Counted from the stretch's first letter, positions 49,859 through 60,034 are shown. The stretch: 64,000 nucleotides of DNA from Oscillospiraceae bacterium (GCA_963654365.1 CAVJZP010000002.1:639-64638), one strand, 5' to 3'. Made by a program: numbers and translations. Notes: a model not told the origin generated them from the sequence alone.

Positions 49859-51424
49859 ATGGCAAAAAAATGGAACGAAAAGGCATTCAAGACCAAAGAA
49901 GAAGATAGTTTCTATGACCGCAAGAGCATCAGCATCAAACCAAAAGACATCGCAAAGACAATTATATCCTTTGCAAACGCCGAGGGCGGAACAATCGCTG
50001 TCGGTGTTGAAGATGATAAATCCATCACAGGAATCGATGGACACACCAAGGAGATCAACGAAATCCGCTATGCTCCTACAAACCTTTGTAAGCCCTCCAT
50101 CCGATGTGTATTTGAAGAAGTGTCAGTCAGAGACAACTTAGGTCAGCCAAATCATGTTCTTCTGATTCATGTTCCCATGAGTCCGAACGTCCATGAAGAC
50201 ACATCTGGGGAAGCCTATTGCAGAGTAGGGGATAAAAGCACTAGGATGTCCTTCCATGAGAGACTGTTATTAGCATACGCAAGAGGTGAACAAAGTTTCG
50301 AAAATTCACCAGTTTTTGGCTCTTCTATCGATGATATCGATGAAAAACTCGTTTTAGAGTATATGAACAAAATCGGTTATACGATGTCTTATTCCAATTA
50401 TGTCTTTGAGAACGAATTCGTCGTAAACAAGCGCAAAGAGGTATCTGTCAAGGCCATTCTCCTTTTCGGAAAGAGACCGCAGAAATACTTTGGAAGAGCG
50501 CGTGTCAGGTTCATTCGCTTTGAGGGGACTGAAGAACTTACCGGTGCTGAGATGAACGTCATCAAGGATGAAATATTTGAAGGTCGTCTATTAGACCAGC
50601 TCAACGCCGCTATCGCTTTTGTAAGGACTCAGATCAAAGAGAGATCTTTCCTAGGAAAAGACGGCTTGTTCGTAACCATTCCTGAATACCCGGAATTTTG
50701 CTGGAAAGAGCTGATTGTCAATGCTGTAACTCATAGGGATTATTCCATTGTCGGAACTGATATTCAGATCAAGATGTTCGATGACAAGTTTGTCGTTGAA
50801 AGCCCTGGCATCTTTGCTGGCACCGTCACAGAAAAGAATATCAGGACCACCCATTTCTCCAGAAACAAGGCAATCGCCGCCTATATGAAGGAATACAAAT
50901 TCGTCAAGGAATTCGGTGAAGGAGTCAAACGTATTTATCGTGAAATGGATGAAGCCAATCTTCCAAAGCCAACCTTCAAAAAGCAGGATTTCATGACCAT
51001 CGCAACCATCCGAAATAATTTCATTGAGGACACTGTCCCCCAAAATGTCCCCCAAAATGTCCCCCAAAATGTCCCCCAAAATGTCGCCCAAAATGTCGCC
51101 CAAAATGTCGCCCAAAATGTCGCCCAAAATGTCGCTCAAAATGTTGATCCCGATTTAGACAAAATCATCCATATCATCAAAGCCAATCCATCTATTACAA
51201 GAGTTGAAATGGCATTGGCAATTGGAAAATCCAAGAAAACCGTGGAACGAATCATCAAAAACAATTCTATAATCAGATTCATCGGTTCTTCTAAAGGCGG
51301 CCATTGGGAAATCATTCAAAACGAACAACCAAACAATGAGACTATAAAAGCATTACACGAAGCTGATAAATTTTCTAATGATCCAGATGTTAAAGGAACT
51401 GATGACGAGGAACTTAAAAAATAA
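49859..51424 (+). CDS. AlbA_2 (Schlafen-like) plus RecG-C-terminal-like ATPase-fold plus C-terminal HTH protein, a putative transcriptional regulator, containing a 9-unit 12-nt tandem repeat
   Basis: N-terminus ...IISFANAEGGTIAVGVEDDKSITGI (AlbA_2). The C-terminus is homologous to the remnant at 4054..4509. The linker is (VPQN)4(VAQN)5. Confidence 0.7.
   Translation: MAKKWNEKAFKTKEEDSFYDRKSISIKPKDIAKTIISFANAEGGTIAVGVEDDKSITGIDGHTKEINEIRYAPTNLCKPSIRCVFEEVSVRDNLGQPNHVLLIHVPMSPNVHEDTSGEAYCRVGDKSTRMSFHERLLLAYARGEQSFENSPVFGSSIDDIDEKLVLEYMNKIGYTMSYSNYVFENEFVVNKRKEVSVKAILLFGKRPQKYFGRARVRFIRFEGTEELTGAEMNVIKDEIFEGRLLDQLNAAIAFVRTQIKERSFLGKDGLFVTIPEYPEFCWKELIVNAVTHRDYSIVGTDIQIKMFDDKFVVESPGIFAGTVTEKNIRTTHFSRNKAIAAYMKEYKFVKEFGEGVKRIYREMDEANLPKPTFKKQDFMTIATIRNNFIEDTVPQNVPQNVPQNVPQNVAQNVAQNVAQNVAQNVAQNVDPDLDKIIHIIKANPSITRVEMALAIGKSKKTVERIIKNNSIIRFIGSSKGGHWEIIQNEQPNNETIKALHEADKFSNDPDVKGTDDEELKK
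51035..51142 (+). repeat. in-frame tandem repeat, 9 units of 12 nt (GTCCCCCAAAAT x4, GTCGCCCAAAAT x4, GTCGCTCAAAAT x1)
   Basis: Direct reading of the sequence. Encodes VPQN/VAQN repeats. Confidence 0.95.
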
Positions 51425-51888
51425 TGTCGATGCAACTCCTAGAAGACTCGAAATCATTTCTCGCCTTCTCTTAACTCGCATGCAAAAAGTATGCTCTAAA
51501 AGCAATATAGCCAAAGCTTCATAGTTCAGCCTTTTTATAGAAAAAAGCTTGTAGAGTTATCCGACATGCGCAAGATATACCCTATATGGTATCCATCATT
51601 AGAGTGCAAGCATTTCGAATTTCTTAGCCTCCACAGATAAGATCCTTTCAGCCTTTCTAGGATGATTTACACACTCATTGTATGATAGAAAAATATGTTT
51701 TTTGCGTTATCTTACCTAGTGCCTGAATATATTTCTTCACTATTATCACTAGTATGACAATGCAGCTACATGAAACATATCAGGTTCAATCCATCGTTTT
51801 CCAAGAAGGTATCCTGTCACCTATGTTTAATTTATCCTTGAGTCCATCCAAGACACGTTCCAAAATGATTGGGTACTGATATTATTCG

Positions 51889-51966
51889 GTTGGAAAAGCG
51901 TAAAAAAACATCATCCAAAAAGTTGGAAAAGCGGATTTTTCGGCATATAATATAGTTGGAAAAGCG
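51889..51966. repeat. three exact 12-bp direct repeats GTTGGAAAAGCG with 33-bp phasing, immediately upstream of and overlapping the AAA ATPase promoter and start
   Basis: Copies at 51889-51900, 51922-51933 and 51955-51966. Confidence 0.9.
51923..51951 (+). promoter_or_regulatory. candidate sigma-A promoter: -35 TTGGAA (inside repeat 2), 17-nt spacer, -10 TATAAT
   Basis: TTGGAA 51923-51928 and TATAAT 51946-51951. Repeat 3 would overlap +1. Confidence 0.5.
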
Positions 51967-51979
51967 GAGAGTGACTGTT

Positions 51980-53293
51980 ATGTACAGGAAAATTTCAAAA
52001 TATATCGAAGAATATCTGACTGGAAACGAAGACAAGATACTATGCATCGATGGAGCAAGGCAAGTCGGCAAATCATACATAATACGTGAATTATCACAGA
52101 AGCACTTTGAAAATTACGTCGAAATCAACATGGCAAACGATAAAGCCGGTGACCGATTATTCGCAAATGTCAGGACTGTGGAATCCTTTTATATCGAGCT
52201 CAGTGTCGTTAGTGGCGAGAAATTAAAGGAAAGAGAAAACACAATTGTCTTCATTGATGAAATTCAAGAATATCCAGAACTGTTAACATTGCTCAAGCAG
52301 TTGAGAATGGACAACAAATACAAATACATCTGCAGTGGCTCTGAGTTAGGAATCGCACTGTCAAAAACGACATTGACTCCAATGGGATCAATCATAGAAA
52401 AGAAAATGTATCCCATGGATTTTGAAGAATTTTTAATTGCCAATTCCGTTGGGGAACTCGTAATAAACCATCTGAAAAAGTCGTTTCTTGAAGGTGTATC
52501 TCTCGATCAAGCATTGCACAACAAAATACTGTATTTATTTAAAACCTATTTATATGTCGGTGGAATGCCAGACGCTGTAAAATCGTTTGTCGAAACGAAA
52601 AACGTCGCAAAGATCAGAGAAATCCAGAAAGATATCATCAATTTTTACAGCGAAGACGCTTCAAAATATGACAAAGAAAATAAATTGATGATAAAGCGAA
52701 TCTATGAAATGATTCCATCCAACATTGAGAACAAGGTAAAAAGAATACAATACAAGCAAATTGAAAATAAAACTGATGTAAGATACACCAAATATTCGAA
52801 TGAATTTGAATATCTCATCTCGTCCGGAATATCGTTAGCTACAAAAGCCGTCAGCGAGCCGAAATTTCCGTTGATACAGTCGAGCAGTAAGAATCTCATC
52901 AAGCTATATATGAATGATGTCGGTTTGTTGACCAGTATCCTTTATAAAAACAATATCAATGCCATCTTAGATGATAAGGCCGGCGTAAACTTAGGTGCCG
53001 TATATGAAACAGCAGTCGCACAGGAATTAAAGGCACACGACCATGAATTATATTATTACGACAGAAAAAAAGTCGGGGAAGTGGATTATCTTATCGACGA
53101 TTATGAATCACTGAATGTACTTCCTCTAGAAATCAAGTCGGGCAAAGATTATAAGAATTTCCGTGCCTTACCTAAAATCATTACTGATCCCAACTATAAA
53201 ATGACAAAAGGCTACGTATTAAGCAACGAAAGGGAAATAAGGAAGGTAGAAAAGATAACATTTTATCCTATCTACTTCATAATGTTTATCTAA
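51980..53293 (+). CDS. AAA-family ATPase of the AAA_14/DUF4143 type
   Basis: Walker A GARQVGKSY and Walker B VFIDEIQ. Start chosen at MYRKISKY (RBS GGAGAG); the ORF-track start at 51956 lies inside repeat 3. Confidence 0.65.
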   Translation: MYRKISKYIEEYLTGNEDKILCIDGARQVGKSYIIRELSQKHFENYVEINMANDKAGDRLFANVRTVESFYIELSVVSGEKLKERENTIVFIDEIQEYPELLTLLKQLRMDNKYKYICSGSELGIALSKTTLTPMGSIIEKKMYPMDFEEFLIANSVGELVINHLKKSFLEGVSLDQALHNKILYLFKTYLYVGGMPDAVKSFVETKNVAKIREIQKDIINFYSEDASKYDKENKLMIKRIYEMIPSNIENKVKRIQYKQIENKTDVRYTKYSNEFEYLISSGISLATKAVSEPKFPLIQSSSKNLIKLYMNDVGLLTSILYKNNINAILDDKAGVNLGAVYETAVAQELKAHDHELYYYDRKKVGEVDYLIDDYESLNVLPLEIKSGKDYKNFRALPKIITDPNYKMTKGYVLSNEREIRKVEKITFYPIYFIMFI

Positions 53294-53320
53294 GCTTATA
53301 ATTTAGGAAGGTTCTGAATT

Positions 53321-53827
53321 CTAGTGTTTTTCAACCCAGTTCTTGACTCTGTTCTCTGCTTTTGAGACTAAGCTTCCCGGAATCGGAAGCGGATCGATAA
53401 CCTCCGCTCCTTTAGCTAAGTCTTTGATATGGGAGATGCTTGCTCCTAATCCGCTTCCTTCATGAGTAGAGAAGGGATAGATTGTCTCTCCTTTCAGGTC
53501 CACGCTTTTTAAAAACGTGATGATAGGAGAAGGAAGGTCTTCCCAATAGATAGGATATCCTAAATAGATGACATCGTATCCTGAGACATCTGGTACCCTT
53601 TTCAGTTTTCGTTCTATAGATGCAAATTGATCGTTCTTTGCCTGTCTGACACAGGTCTCATAATCCAAGGAATAGGGTTCTTCCAATTCAAGCGAGAACA
53701 GGTCTCCCTTTGTTGCTTTCTGAATATAGGAGGCAATCTTTTCTGTGTTTCCGATTGTCAGATTCTGAATTTCTCCGCCTACCCAGTTCTCACCCCTTCT
53801 TGAAAAATAGACAATCAGTGTATTCAT
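53321..53827 (-). CDS. flavodoxin-family protein
   Basis: MNTLIVYFSRRGEN... flavodoxin-like N-terminus, 168 aa. Confidence 0.55.
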   Translation of the reverse strand: MNTLIVYFSRRGENWVGGEIQNLTIGNTEKIASYIQKATKGDLFSLELEEPYSLDYETCVRQAKNDQFASIERKLKRVPDVSGYDVIYLGYPIYWEDLPSPIITFLKSVDLKGETIYPFSTHEGSGLGASISHIKDLAKGAEVIDPLPIPGSLVSKAENRVKNWVEKH

Positions 53828-54212
53828 GTTTTCATTTCTCTCTTTCTAAGATAGTATAGCGAAAAACAGTTGCCAGAAAAGGAATGAAAGGGCTTTTATG
53901 AATGTTATCTTCTCTTTTTCATGAATGATTGTTGATGAAGGAAGAGAAAACTGATAGATTATACCCGTCAGATCGAATAGAGGAGCGATTACAAATAAGT
54001 ACTACTTCCACCAAGACCGATTGGGAAGATAGGAAAGGTAAGAATCGCCGAAACCTTCATTCTTTGGTCAGAGAATGTTGAGTTGGGACATAGGGAAATA
54101 CCTTATGTACTCTCCGAAGCTAGACTTCGGTTGGCACTATTGATAGCAGTCCTTACTTCATAGGAGGTCGCTGATTAGTGCGACCTGGCTATTGAAAGGG
54201 GGACATTTTTTT

Positions 54213-55097
54213 ATGTCTTTGAAACACACACTGCCGTTATGCCTATTTTCTCTTGCCACTCTTTTCTCCTGCGGAAGCACCGCGAGTAAGAGCAAGACCA
54301 TCACCATCGATGGAACTTCCTACACTGTCGAAGCTGAGGAACTTGTCATCGGAATGGAGTGCAACTATTCTCCGTTCAACTGGACAACGACGAAAGCAAG
54401 CGATTATACTCTTCCTATCTCCAACAGCGAATATGCGGATGGCTACGACATCCAGATCGCCAAGATTCTCTCAGAAAAGATGAACATGGATGTCAAAATC
54501 GTCAAGGAACAGTGGGAGTCTTTGATCGAAGACTGCAACATGGGAAATACGAATCTCATCATCGCCGGTATGACCGATACGGAAGAGAGAAGAGAGTCCA
54601 TCTCCTTCAGCGATGAATACTATCGTTCCGAAGTCGTCTTATTGGTCAAGAAAGATATTGCAGATCAATATCAGAATCAGGTTCTCACCGATGCTGATTT
54701 GAAGACGCTCTTAAGCGGAAAGCAAGTCATATCCCAGAAAGACACCGTCGAGGATGACATCATCGACACCTTTGTCCAAGCCTATGGTTCTATCCATGTC
54801 TCTGGTCAGACAACTTATGGATTAGCTGCAAAAGATGTTGAGCAGGGTTTAGCCTTTGCTTTAACTGTCGAGCTGCCTGTTGCCAATGCCTATGTCGCAT
54901 CGATGAATAATGTCGGCATCATCCATGTCGATCAGTCTGTCTTGGGTGTCGATCTGGCCGAGCTTGGTGTCTCGATCGGGATCAAGAAAGGAAATGACGG
55001 ATTAAAAGCAGCCGTCAATCACGTCCTTTCCACCATCGCTTCCGAAGAGAGAACCCGCATGATGAATGAAGCCGTAGAAAGAAGCGCAGAAGAATGA
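54213..55097 (+). CDS. amino-acid ABC transporter substrate-binding lipoprotein (SBP_bac_3 type)
   Basis: Lipobox LFSCG. Start at ATG 54213 with RBS AAAGGGGGA; the ORF-track start at 54192 is a TTG. Confidence 0.7.
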   Translation: MSLKHTLPLCLFSLATLFSCGSTASKSKTITIDGTSYTVEAEELVIGMECNYSPFNWTTTKASDYTLPISNSEYADGYDIQIAKILSEKMNMDVKIVKEQWESLIEDCNMGNTNLIIAGMTDTEERRESISFSDEYYRSEVVLLVKKDIADQYQNQVLTDADLKTLLSGKQVISQKDTVEDDIIDTFVQAYGSIHVSGQTTYGLAAKDVEQGLAFALTVELPVANAYVASMNNVGIIHVDQSVLGVDLAELGVSIGIKKGNDGLKAAVNHVLSTIASEERTRMMNEAVERSAEE

Positions 55098-55873
55098 GCT
55101 CCGACTTCTCCTATCTTATCAGCCATTACTGGCAATTCTATCTAAAGGGAACCCTATCCACAATCATCCTTTCTGTCATCGGAACTTTCGGAGGACTGAT
55201 CCTTGGTGTCTTCTTAGCCTTCGGCAAAAGACTGGAGACAAAAAACTATCCCTGGTATCATCTTCTCTACCGCTATCCGATCAAGTTTCTCTGCTCTTTG
55301 TATTCTCTTGTCATCCGCGGCACACCGATGATGGTACAGGCGATGATTTTCAAATATGGAAGTCAGCTCTTATTCAATCTCAACTGGAACAATGTGCTTC
55401 CCGGTGTCGATACCTTCAACGGCTGGCTGATTGCAGGTCTTATCGTCATCACATTCAATACCGCCGCTTATATGGGAGAGATTGTGATTTCCGGATTGAA
55501 CGGCATTGATCCAGGACAGGTAGAAGGAGCGAGATCCCTAGGAATGAATTCCTTTGAGACACTCTTCCATGTCACTCTTCCTCAGGCTCTTCGCAATTCG
55601 ATTCCGACCATCGGAAACGAATGGGTCGTCAACATCAAGGATTCCTCTGTTCTGAATGTCATCGCCGTCAGTGAACTCTTCTACACTGCAGAATCTGCAG
55701 CGAGCAAGAATTACAAATACATGGCCACCTATCTTATCATCGCCATCATCTATCTCTTATTGACGGTCATTGCGACACTGATTCTGAAAGGTGTCGAATT
55801 CAAACTCGACGGAAAGAAAATCAAGTTCGATTTCAAGAGCCTCATTTTCCACTTCCGCAAAAAGGAGGCATGA
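55094..55873 (+). CDS. amino-acid ABC transporter permease (His/Gln/Cys-type)
   Basis: Multi-TM protein with an EAA loop ([20 protein letters not shown]). Confidence 0.75.
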   Translation: MSSDFSYLISHYWQFYLKGTLSTIILSVIGTFGGLILGVFLAFGKRLETKNYPWYHLLYRYPIKFLCSLYSLVIRGTPMMVQAMIFKYGSQLLFNLNWNNVLPGVDTFNGWLIAGLIVITFNTAAYMGEIVISGLNGIDPGQVEGARSLGMNSFETLFHVTLPQALRNSIPTIGNEWVVNIKDSSVLNVIAVSELFYTAESAASKNYKYMATYLIIAIIYLLLTVIATLILKGVEFKLDGKKIKFDFKSLIFHFRKKEA

Positions 55874-55874
55874 T

Positions 55875-56669
55875 ATGGCACTACTCGAAGTACAGCATTT
55901 GGCAAAGACTTTTGAAAAGGAGACGGTCGTTTTAAAAGATGTCAGTTTCACTGTGAACGAAGGAGACTGCGTCAGCATCATCGGATCTTCCGGAAGCGGA
56001 AAATCCACGCTTTTAAGATGCATCGGCCTATTGGAAAGACCGACATCCGGCACCATCCTTTTAGAAGGAAAGAACATCTTATCCAAGGAGATGAGCGAGA
56101 AGGACGTCCATAAAAGGATGCAAATGGTCTTTCAGTCCTTCAATCTTTTCAACAACATGGATGTGTTGAAGAACTGCATGATCGGTCAGACCTTGATTCT
56201 GAAAAGAAAAAAAGAAGAAGCAAAGAGGATTGCATTAGAGAATCTCGAACGTGTCGGATTATCCGAGAGAGTCCATTTCAAAATCCGCGACTTATCCGGA
56301 GGACAGAAACAGAGAGTCGCTATCGCAAGAGCCTTATCCATGAATCCGGAGATCATCCTCTTCGATGAGCCGACATCTGCTCTGGACCCTGAGATGGTAC
56401 AGGAAGTTCTCAAGGTCATGAAGGAGTTAGCCAATCAAAAGGTTACCATGATTGTCGTCACTCATGAGATGTCCTTTGCAAGAGATGTCTCAGATAAGGT
56501 CATCTTTATGAACGAGGGTGTCATTCAGGTAGAAGGAACCCCAGAGGAGGTCTTTGAAAAGAGTGAAGATGAGAGACTTCTATCGTTCCTTAGCCGTCCG
56601 AACAAATCACCGGTTTTCAAGCCGAGAGAACCAGAAAAACTCTTCCAAAAGACACTGATCGGAGACTAA
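55875..56669 (+). CDS. amino-acid ABC transporter ATP-binding protein
   Basis: Walker [10 protein letters not shown], signature [15 protein letters not shown], Walker [12 protein letters not shown]. Start MALLEVQHL with RBS AAGGAGG. Confidence 0.85.
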   Translation: MALLEVQHLAKTFEKETVVLKDVSFTVNEGDCVSIIGSSGSGKSTLLRCIGLLERPTSGTILLEGKNILSKEMSEKDVHKRMQMVFQSFNLFNNMDVLKNCMIGQTLILKRKKEEAKRIALENLERVGLSERVHFKIRDLSGGQKQRVAIARALSMNPEIILFDEPTSALDPEMVQEVLKVMKELANQKVTMIVVTHEMSFARDVSDKVIFMNEGVIQVEGTPEEVFEKSEDERLLSFLSRPNKSPVFKPREPEKLFQKTLIGD

Positions 56670-56724
56670 ATCATTTTCTTTTCCCTAACTCCGATTATAA
56701 TATACATACTCTTTTGGAGGCATT

Positions 56725-57579
56725 ATGAACGATACGATAGAAAAGAAGCACCTGACAGGGGAAAGAGCCCTCTTTCACTGTCATGACACAATCATAAAAG
56801 ACTGCCTTTTTGATGATGGGGAATCTCCTTTGAAGGAAGGGAGAAACCTTGTCGTAGAGAATTCAACTTTCGGATGGAAGTATCCTCTTTGGTATGGAAA
56901 GAATCATCTCGTCAAAAATTCGACATTCTTAGAGATGAGCAGAAGCGGTATCTGGTATACGGATCACTCTCAGTTTGAAAACTGTCTTGCTATCGCTCCG
57001 AAACTCTTCCGAAGATGCAACGATATCCACTTGACCAACATCGAATTCAGAAACGCTGAGGAGACGCTTTGGACCTGTAACAAGGTTACTTTAAAGAATG
57101 TAAAAGCAGAAAACGGAGACTATTTTTTGAAAGATTCTACAGATGTAACAGTAGATTCTCTGACTCTGAACGGAAACTATTTTATGGATGGCGGTAAAAA
57201 CATCAAAGTCATCAATTCGACTTTAAATAGCAAAGATGCCTTTTGGAACTGCGAAGATATCCTTATCGAGAACTCCACAATCATCGGAGAATATTTTGGA
57301 TGGAACAGTAAGAATATAATAATGAAGAACTGCAGAATCATCTCCCATCAGGGATTCTGCTATATCAAGAATCTGACCATGATCGACTGCGTGATTGAAG
57401 ATTCCGATTTTATCTTCGAATACTGTGAGAACATCGACTGCGACATCCATTCTAAGCTTCTCTCTGTCAAGAATCCAATCTCCGGAAAGATTCAGTCCTA
57501 TGGAATCCAAGAACTGATTCAGGATGATCCTTCCTTGGATACCTCCAAGGTCGAATACATCACAAAGGAGCGATTATGA
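56725..57579 (+). CDS. right-handed beta-helix repeat protein (DUF3737-like)
   Basis: Repeated N.T/N.S.I.N.. units typical of parallel beta-helices; about 284 aa. Confidence 0.35.
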   Translation: MNDTIEKKHLTGERALFHCHDTIIKDCLFDDGESPLKEGRNLVVENSTFGWKYPLWYGKNHLVKNSTFLEMSRSGIWYTDHSQFENCLAIAPKLFRRCNDIHLTNIEFRNAEETLWTCNKVTLKNVKAENGDYFLKDSTDVTVDSLTLNGNYFMDGGKNIKVINSTLNSKDAFWNCEDILIENSTIIGEYFGWNSKNIIMKNCRIISHQGFCYIKNLTMIDCVIEDSDFIFEYCENIDCDIHSKLLSVKNPISGKIQSYGIQELIQDDPSLDTSKVEYITKERL

Positions 57580-58742
57580 AATACGATTTCAATAAGGCAA
57601 GTTCGAGACGCCATACGGATTCTGTAAAATGGGATGTCAAGGAGAATGAACTTCCTCTCTCCATTGCCGATATGGATATTGAGACAGCACCAGAGATCAA
57701 AAAGGCCATCCTGAAAAGAGCAGAGAATGGCATCTACGGATATACGGAACCGATGGATGACTGGTATCAGGCCTATGTTTCCTTTTTCTCCGATCGATAC
57801 AATGTCAAGTTAGAGAAGGAGTGGATGATGTTCTCTGCTGGTGTCGTTCCGACCATATCGAGTTCAGTAAGAAAACTGACGAAAGAAAAAGACAATGTCG
57901 TTGTCCTCTCTCCGGTCTATAACATCTTCTATAATTCCATCATCAACAACAACAGAAACGTCTTAGAAGTCGAACTCATCCATGACGGTGAGGACTATAA
58001 AATCGATTTTGAGAATTTGGAAAAGGCTTTTGCCTTAGATAATACCTCTCTTGTCATCTTCTGCAATCCCGCGAATCCTGTCGGAAGGATCTGGACTAGG
58101 GAAGAACTTGCCAGATTAGGAGAACTCGCCGCTAAATATTCTGTCATTGTCCTAAGCGATGAGATCCATGGATTCATCACAAGACCAGGCAAGAAATATA
58201 TTCCCTTCTTCTCTGTCAATGAGACGAACAAGATGAATTCCGTCAACTGCATCTCTGTGACCAAACCGTTCAACTTAGCTGGCATACAGACTTCCTTATG
58301 TTTTGTTCCTAATCCAGAACTCTATAAAAGAGTCAACCGACAGATCAATACGGATGAAGTGGCAGAACCGAATATCTTTGCCTGTCCTGTCACAGTCGCA
58401 GCACTGAATGAAGGAAGAGATTGGTTAGACCAAGTCAACGCCTTCCTCTTTGAAAACGAGGATGAAGTCCGTCTCTTCATCAAAGAGAATATTCCAGAAC
58501 TCTCTGTCACTCCTTCTGATGCCACTTATCTTCTCTGGATCGATGTAAGGAAAATCACAAATAGCAGCAAAGACTATGTCTCCTATTTAAGAGAGACAAC
58601 CGGTCTTATCTTAGCGGATGGAGGAGTCTACGGAAAAGGCGGAAACGGATTTGTCCGCATGAATGTTGCCTGTCCAAAGGCAATGTTAAAGGATGCTCTC
58701 TCCCGACTGAAAGCGGGAACCGAATCCTACCGGAAGAAATAA
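57576..58742 (+). CDS. PatB/MalY-type PLP-dependent C-S lyase (cystathionine beta-lyase-like aminotransferase class I/II)
   Basis: SVKWDVKENELPLSIADMDIETAPEI N-terminal signature of the MalY/PatB family; 388 aa. Overlaps the preceding gene by 4 nt. Confidence 0.6.
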   Translation: MKYDFNKASSRRHTDSVKWDVKENELPLSIADMDIETAPEIKKAILKRAENGIYGYTEPMDDWYQAYVSFFSDRYNVKLEKEWMMFSAGVVPTISSSVRKLTKEKDNVVVLSPVYNIFYNSIINNNRNVLEVELIHDGEDYKIDFENLEKAFALDNTSLVIFCNPANPVGRIWTREELARLGELAAKYSVIVLSDEIHGFITRPGKKYIPFFSVNETNKMNSVNCISVTKPFNLAGIQTSLCFVPNPELYKRVNRQINTDEVAEPNIFACPVTVAALNEGRDWLDQVNAFLFENEDEVRLFIKENIPELSVTPSDATYLLWIDVRKITNSSKDYVSYLRETTGLILADGGVYGKGGNGFVRMNVACPKAMLKDALSRLKAGTESYRKK

Positions 58743-58780
58743 AAGAAAGCATTTCCTGTACCATCGAAATTGTTATCAAT

Positions 58781-58815
58781 GAAAATAGCCGTGACAATGT
58801 GCCACGGCTATTTTC
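58781..58815. terminator. bidirectional intrinsic terminator
   Basis: GAAAATAGCCGTG-acaatgtgc-CACGGCTATTTTC. Confidence 0.75.
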
Positions 58816-58816
58816 A

Positions 58817-59947
58817 TTACGATAATTTCTTAACGAAGGATCTTCTTCTTTTATGCTCTCTGTTCTCGAAGCGGTTCCACATGTTTCTGATTGCGGTATT
58901 GTCCTCAAGATTGAGGTTGGTCTCCAAGTGATCGAGATGCTTGTACTTCAGGCAGCACTTCACGACTTCTGAGACAAAGACGGCGGTGATTCCGCTGTTT
59001 TTGTACTCTTTGGAGACAGCGATCAGTGCCATATCAATGGTCTCGGGATCTTTGAAGACATGGAGAAGCCGAAGCAGGGAGAGAGGATAGAGATGTCCTT
59101 TGCTCTTGCTGACTGCTTTTCCGACGCCTGGAAAAGTAAGAGAAAGGGCGACAACTTTGTCGTTCTCATCGACGATGAAGAAGGCCTCTTTCAAATCGAT
59201 GATAGGTGAGAAACTCTTCATGATAAGCTTTCTTGTCTCTTCGGTAAAGGGAACATATCCGTATAGGTCGCCATAGGCTTCGGTGATGCAGTTGAAGAAT
59301 CCGTCACCGTATCTTTCCAAAAATTTCTTCTTGGAATACTTGGAAGTATCGACAACTGTGAGTTTATTCTTCTCTAAGATATGCTTTGCGATGTGTTCGA
59401 TTCTCGGATCAACTTCTTTGGGAAGCTTGATGGCGCTTTCCACCCAGTCCACTTCCTTCTCGTATCCGGAATCCTCAATCAGTTTCTGATAGTAGGCGTA
59501 GTTATACTGCTCTTCAAAGGTCTGTACCTCTTCGAATCCTTCGATGAGGAGTCCTTCTCTTTCCAGGTCGGAAAAACCGAGTGGTCCACAGATTGTATCC
59601 ATGCCCTTCTTTTTCGCCCAATCCTCTACTGCTTTGAATAAAGCGCGGGAGACTTCTAAGTCATCGATAGCATCAAAGCGGGTAAAACGGACTCTTTTCT
59701 CGTTCCACTTCTCATTGTACTGTTTCTGAATGATGGCCTGAATCCTTCCGACCACCCTCTTTCCGTCATAGGCTAAAAAAGCTTCGCTTTCCGAAACGGA
59801 TTCATAGGGCGATTTATGATTTAGGACATTCATCTCTTCCCCGTAGAAACAAGGAACAAAATACTTGTTTCCTTTGTATAATTTCAGTGGGAATTCGACG
59901 AATTCCTTCTTTTGTTTTCTTGTCTGCACCGTTATGACAGTTATCAT
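58817..59947 (-). CDS. hypothetical protein, possible GNAT-fold acyltransferase
   Basis: 376 aa. Start MITVITVQ (RBS GAGGA). Fold assignment is a guess from overall pattern only. Confidence 0.25.
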   Translation of the reverse strand: MITVITVQTRKQKKEFVEFPLKLYKGNKYFVPCFYGEEMNVLNHKSPYESVSESEAFLAYDGKRVVGRIQAIIQKQYNEKWNEKRVRFTRFDAIDDLEVSRALFKAVEDWAKKKGMDTICGPLGFSDLEREGLLIEGFEEVQTFEEQYNYAYYQKLIEDSGYEKEVDWVESAIKLPKEVDPRIEHIAKHILEKNKLTVVDTSKYSKKKFLERYGDGFFNCITEAYGDLYGYVPFTEETRKLIMKSFSPIIDLKEAFFIVDENDKVVALSLTFPGVGKAVSKSKGHLYPLSLLRLLHVFKDPETIDMALIAVSKEYKNSGITAVFVSEVVKCCLKYKHLDHLETNLNLEDNTAIRNMWNRFENREHKRRRSFVKKLS

Positions 59948-60034
59948 AGTTGTGTCCTCGAACAACTAAGAGTTTACCATAATTGCGGATATGTGAGGCA
60001 AAAAAACGACACAGATTGAGGAATCTGTCGAATT

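Noticed and set aside
51889-51966. CRISPR-like or iteron array
   Set aside because: Only three 12-bp repeats with non-unique 21-bp spacers. No cas genes and no longer array. A transcription-factor site array is the more plausible interpretation.
53828-54212. T-box or S-box identity for the amino-acid operon leader
   Set aside because: No T-box consensus, no S-box GGTGGAGGGA...ATGA core, and no canonical terminator immediately before the RBS. Kept only as an unclassified structured leader.
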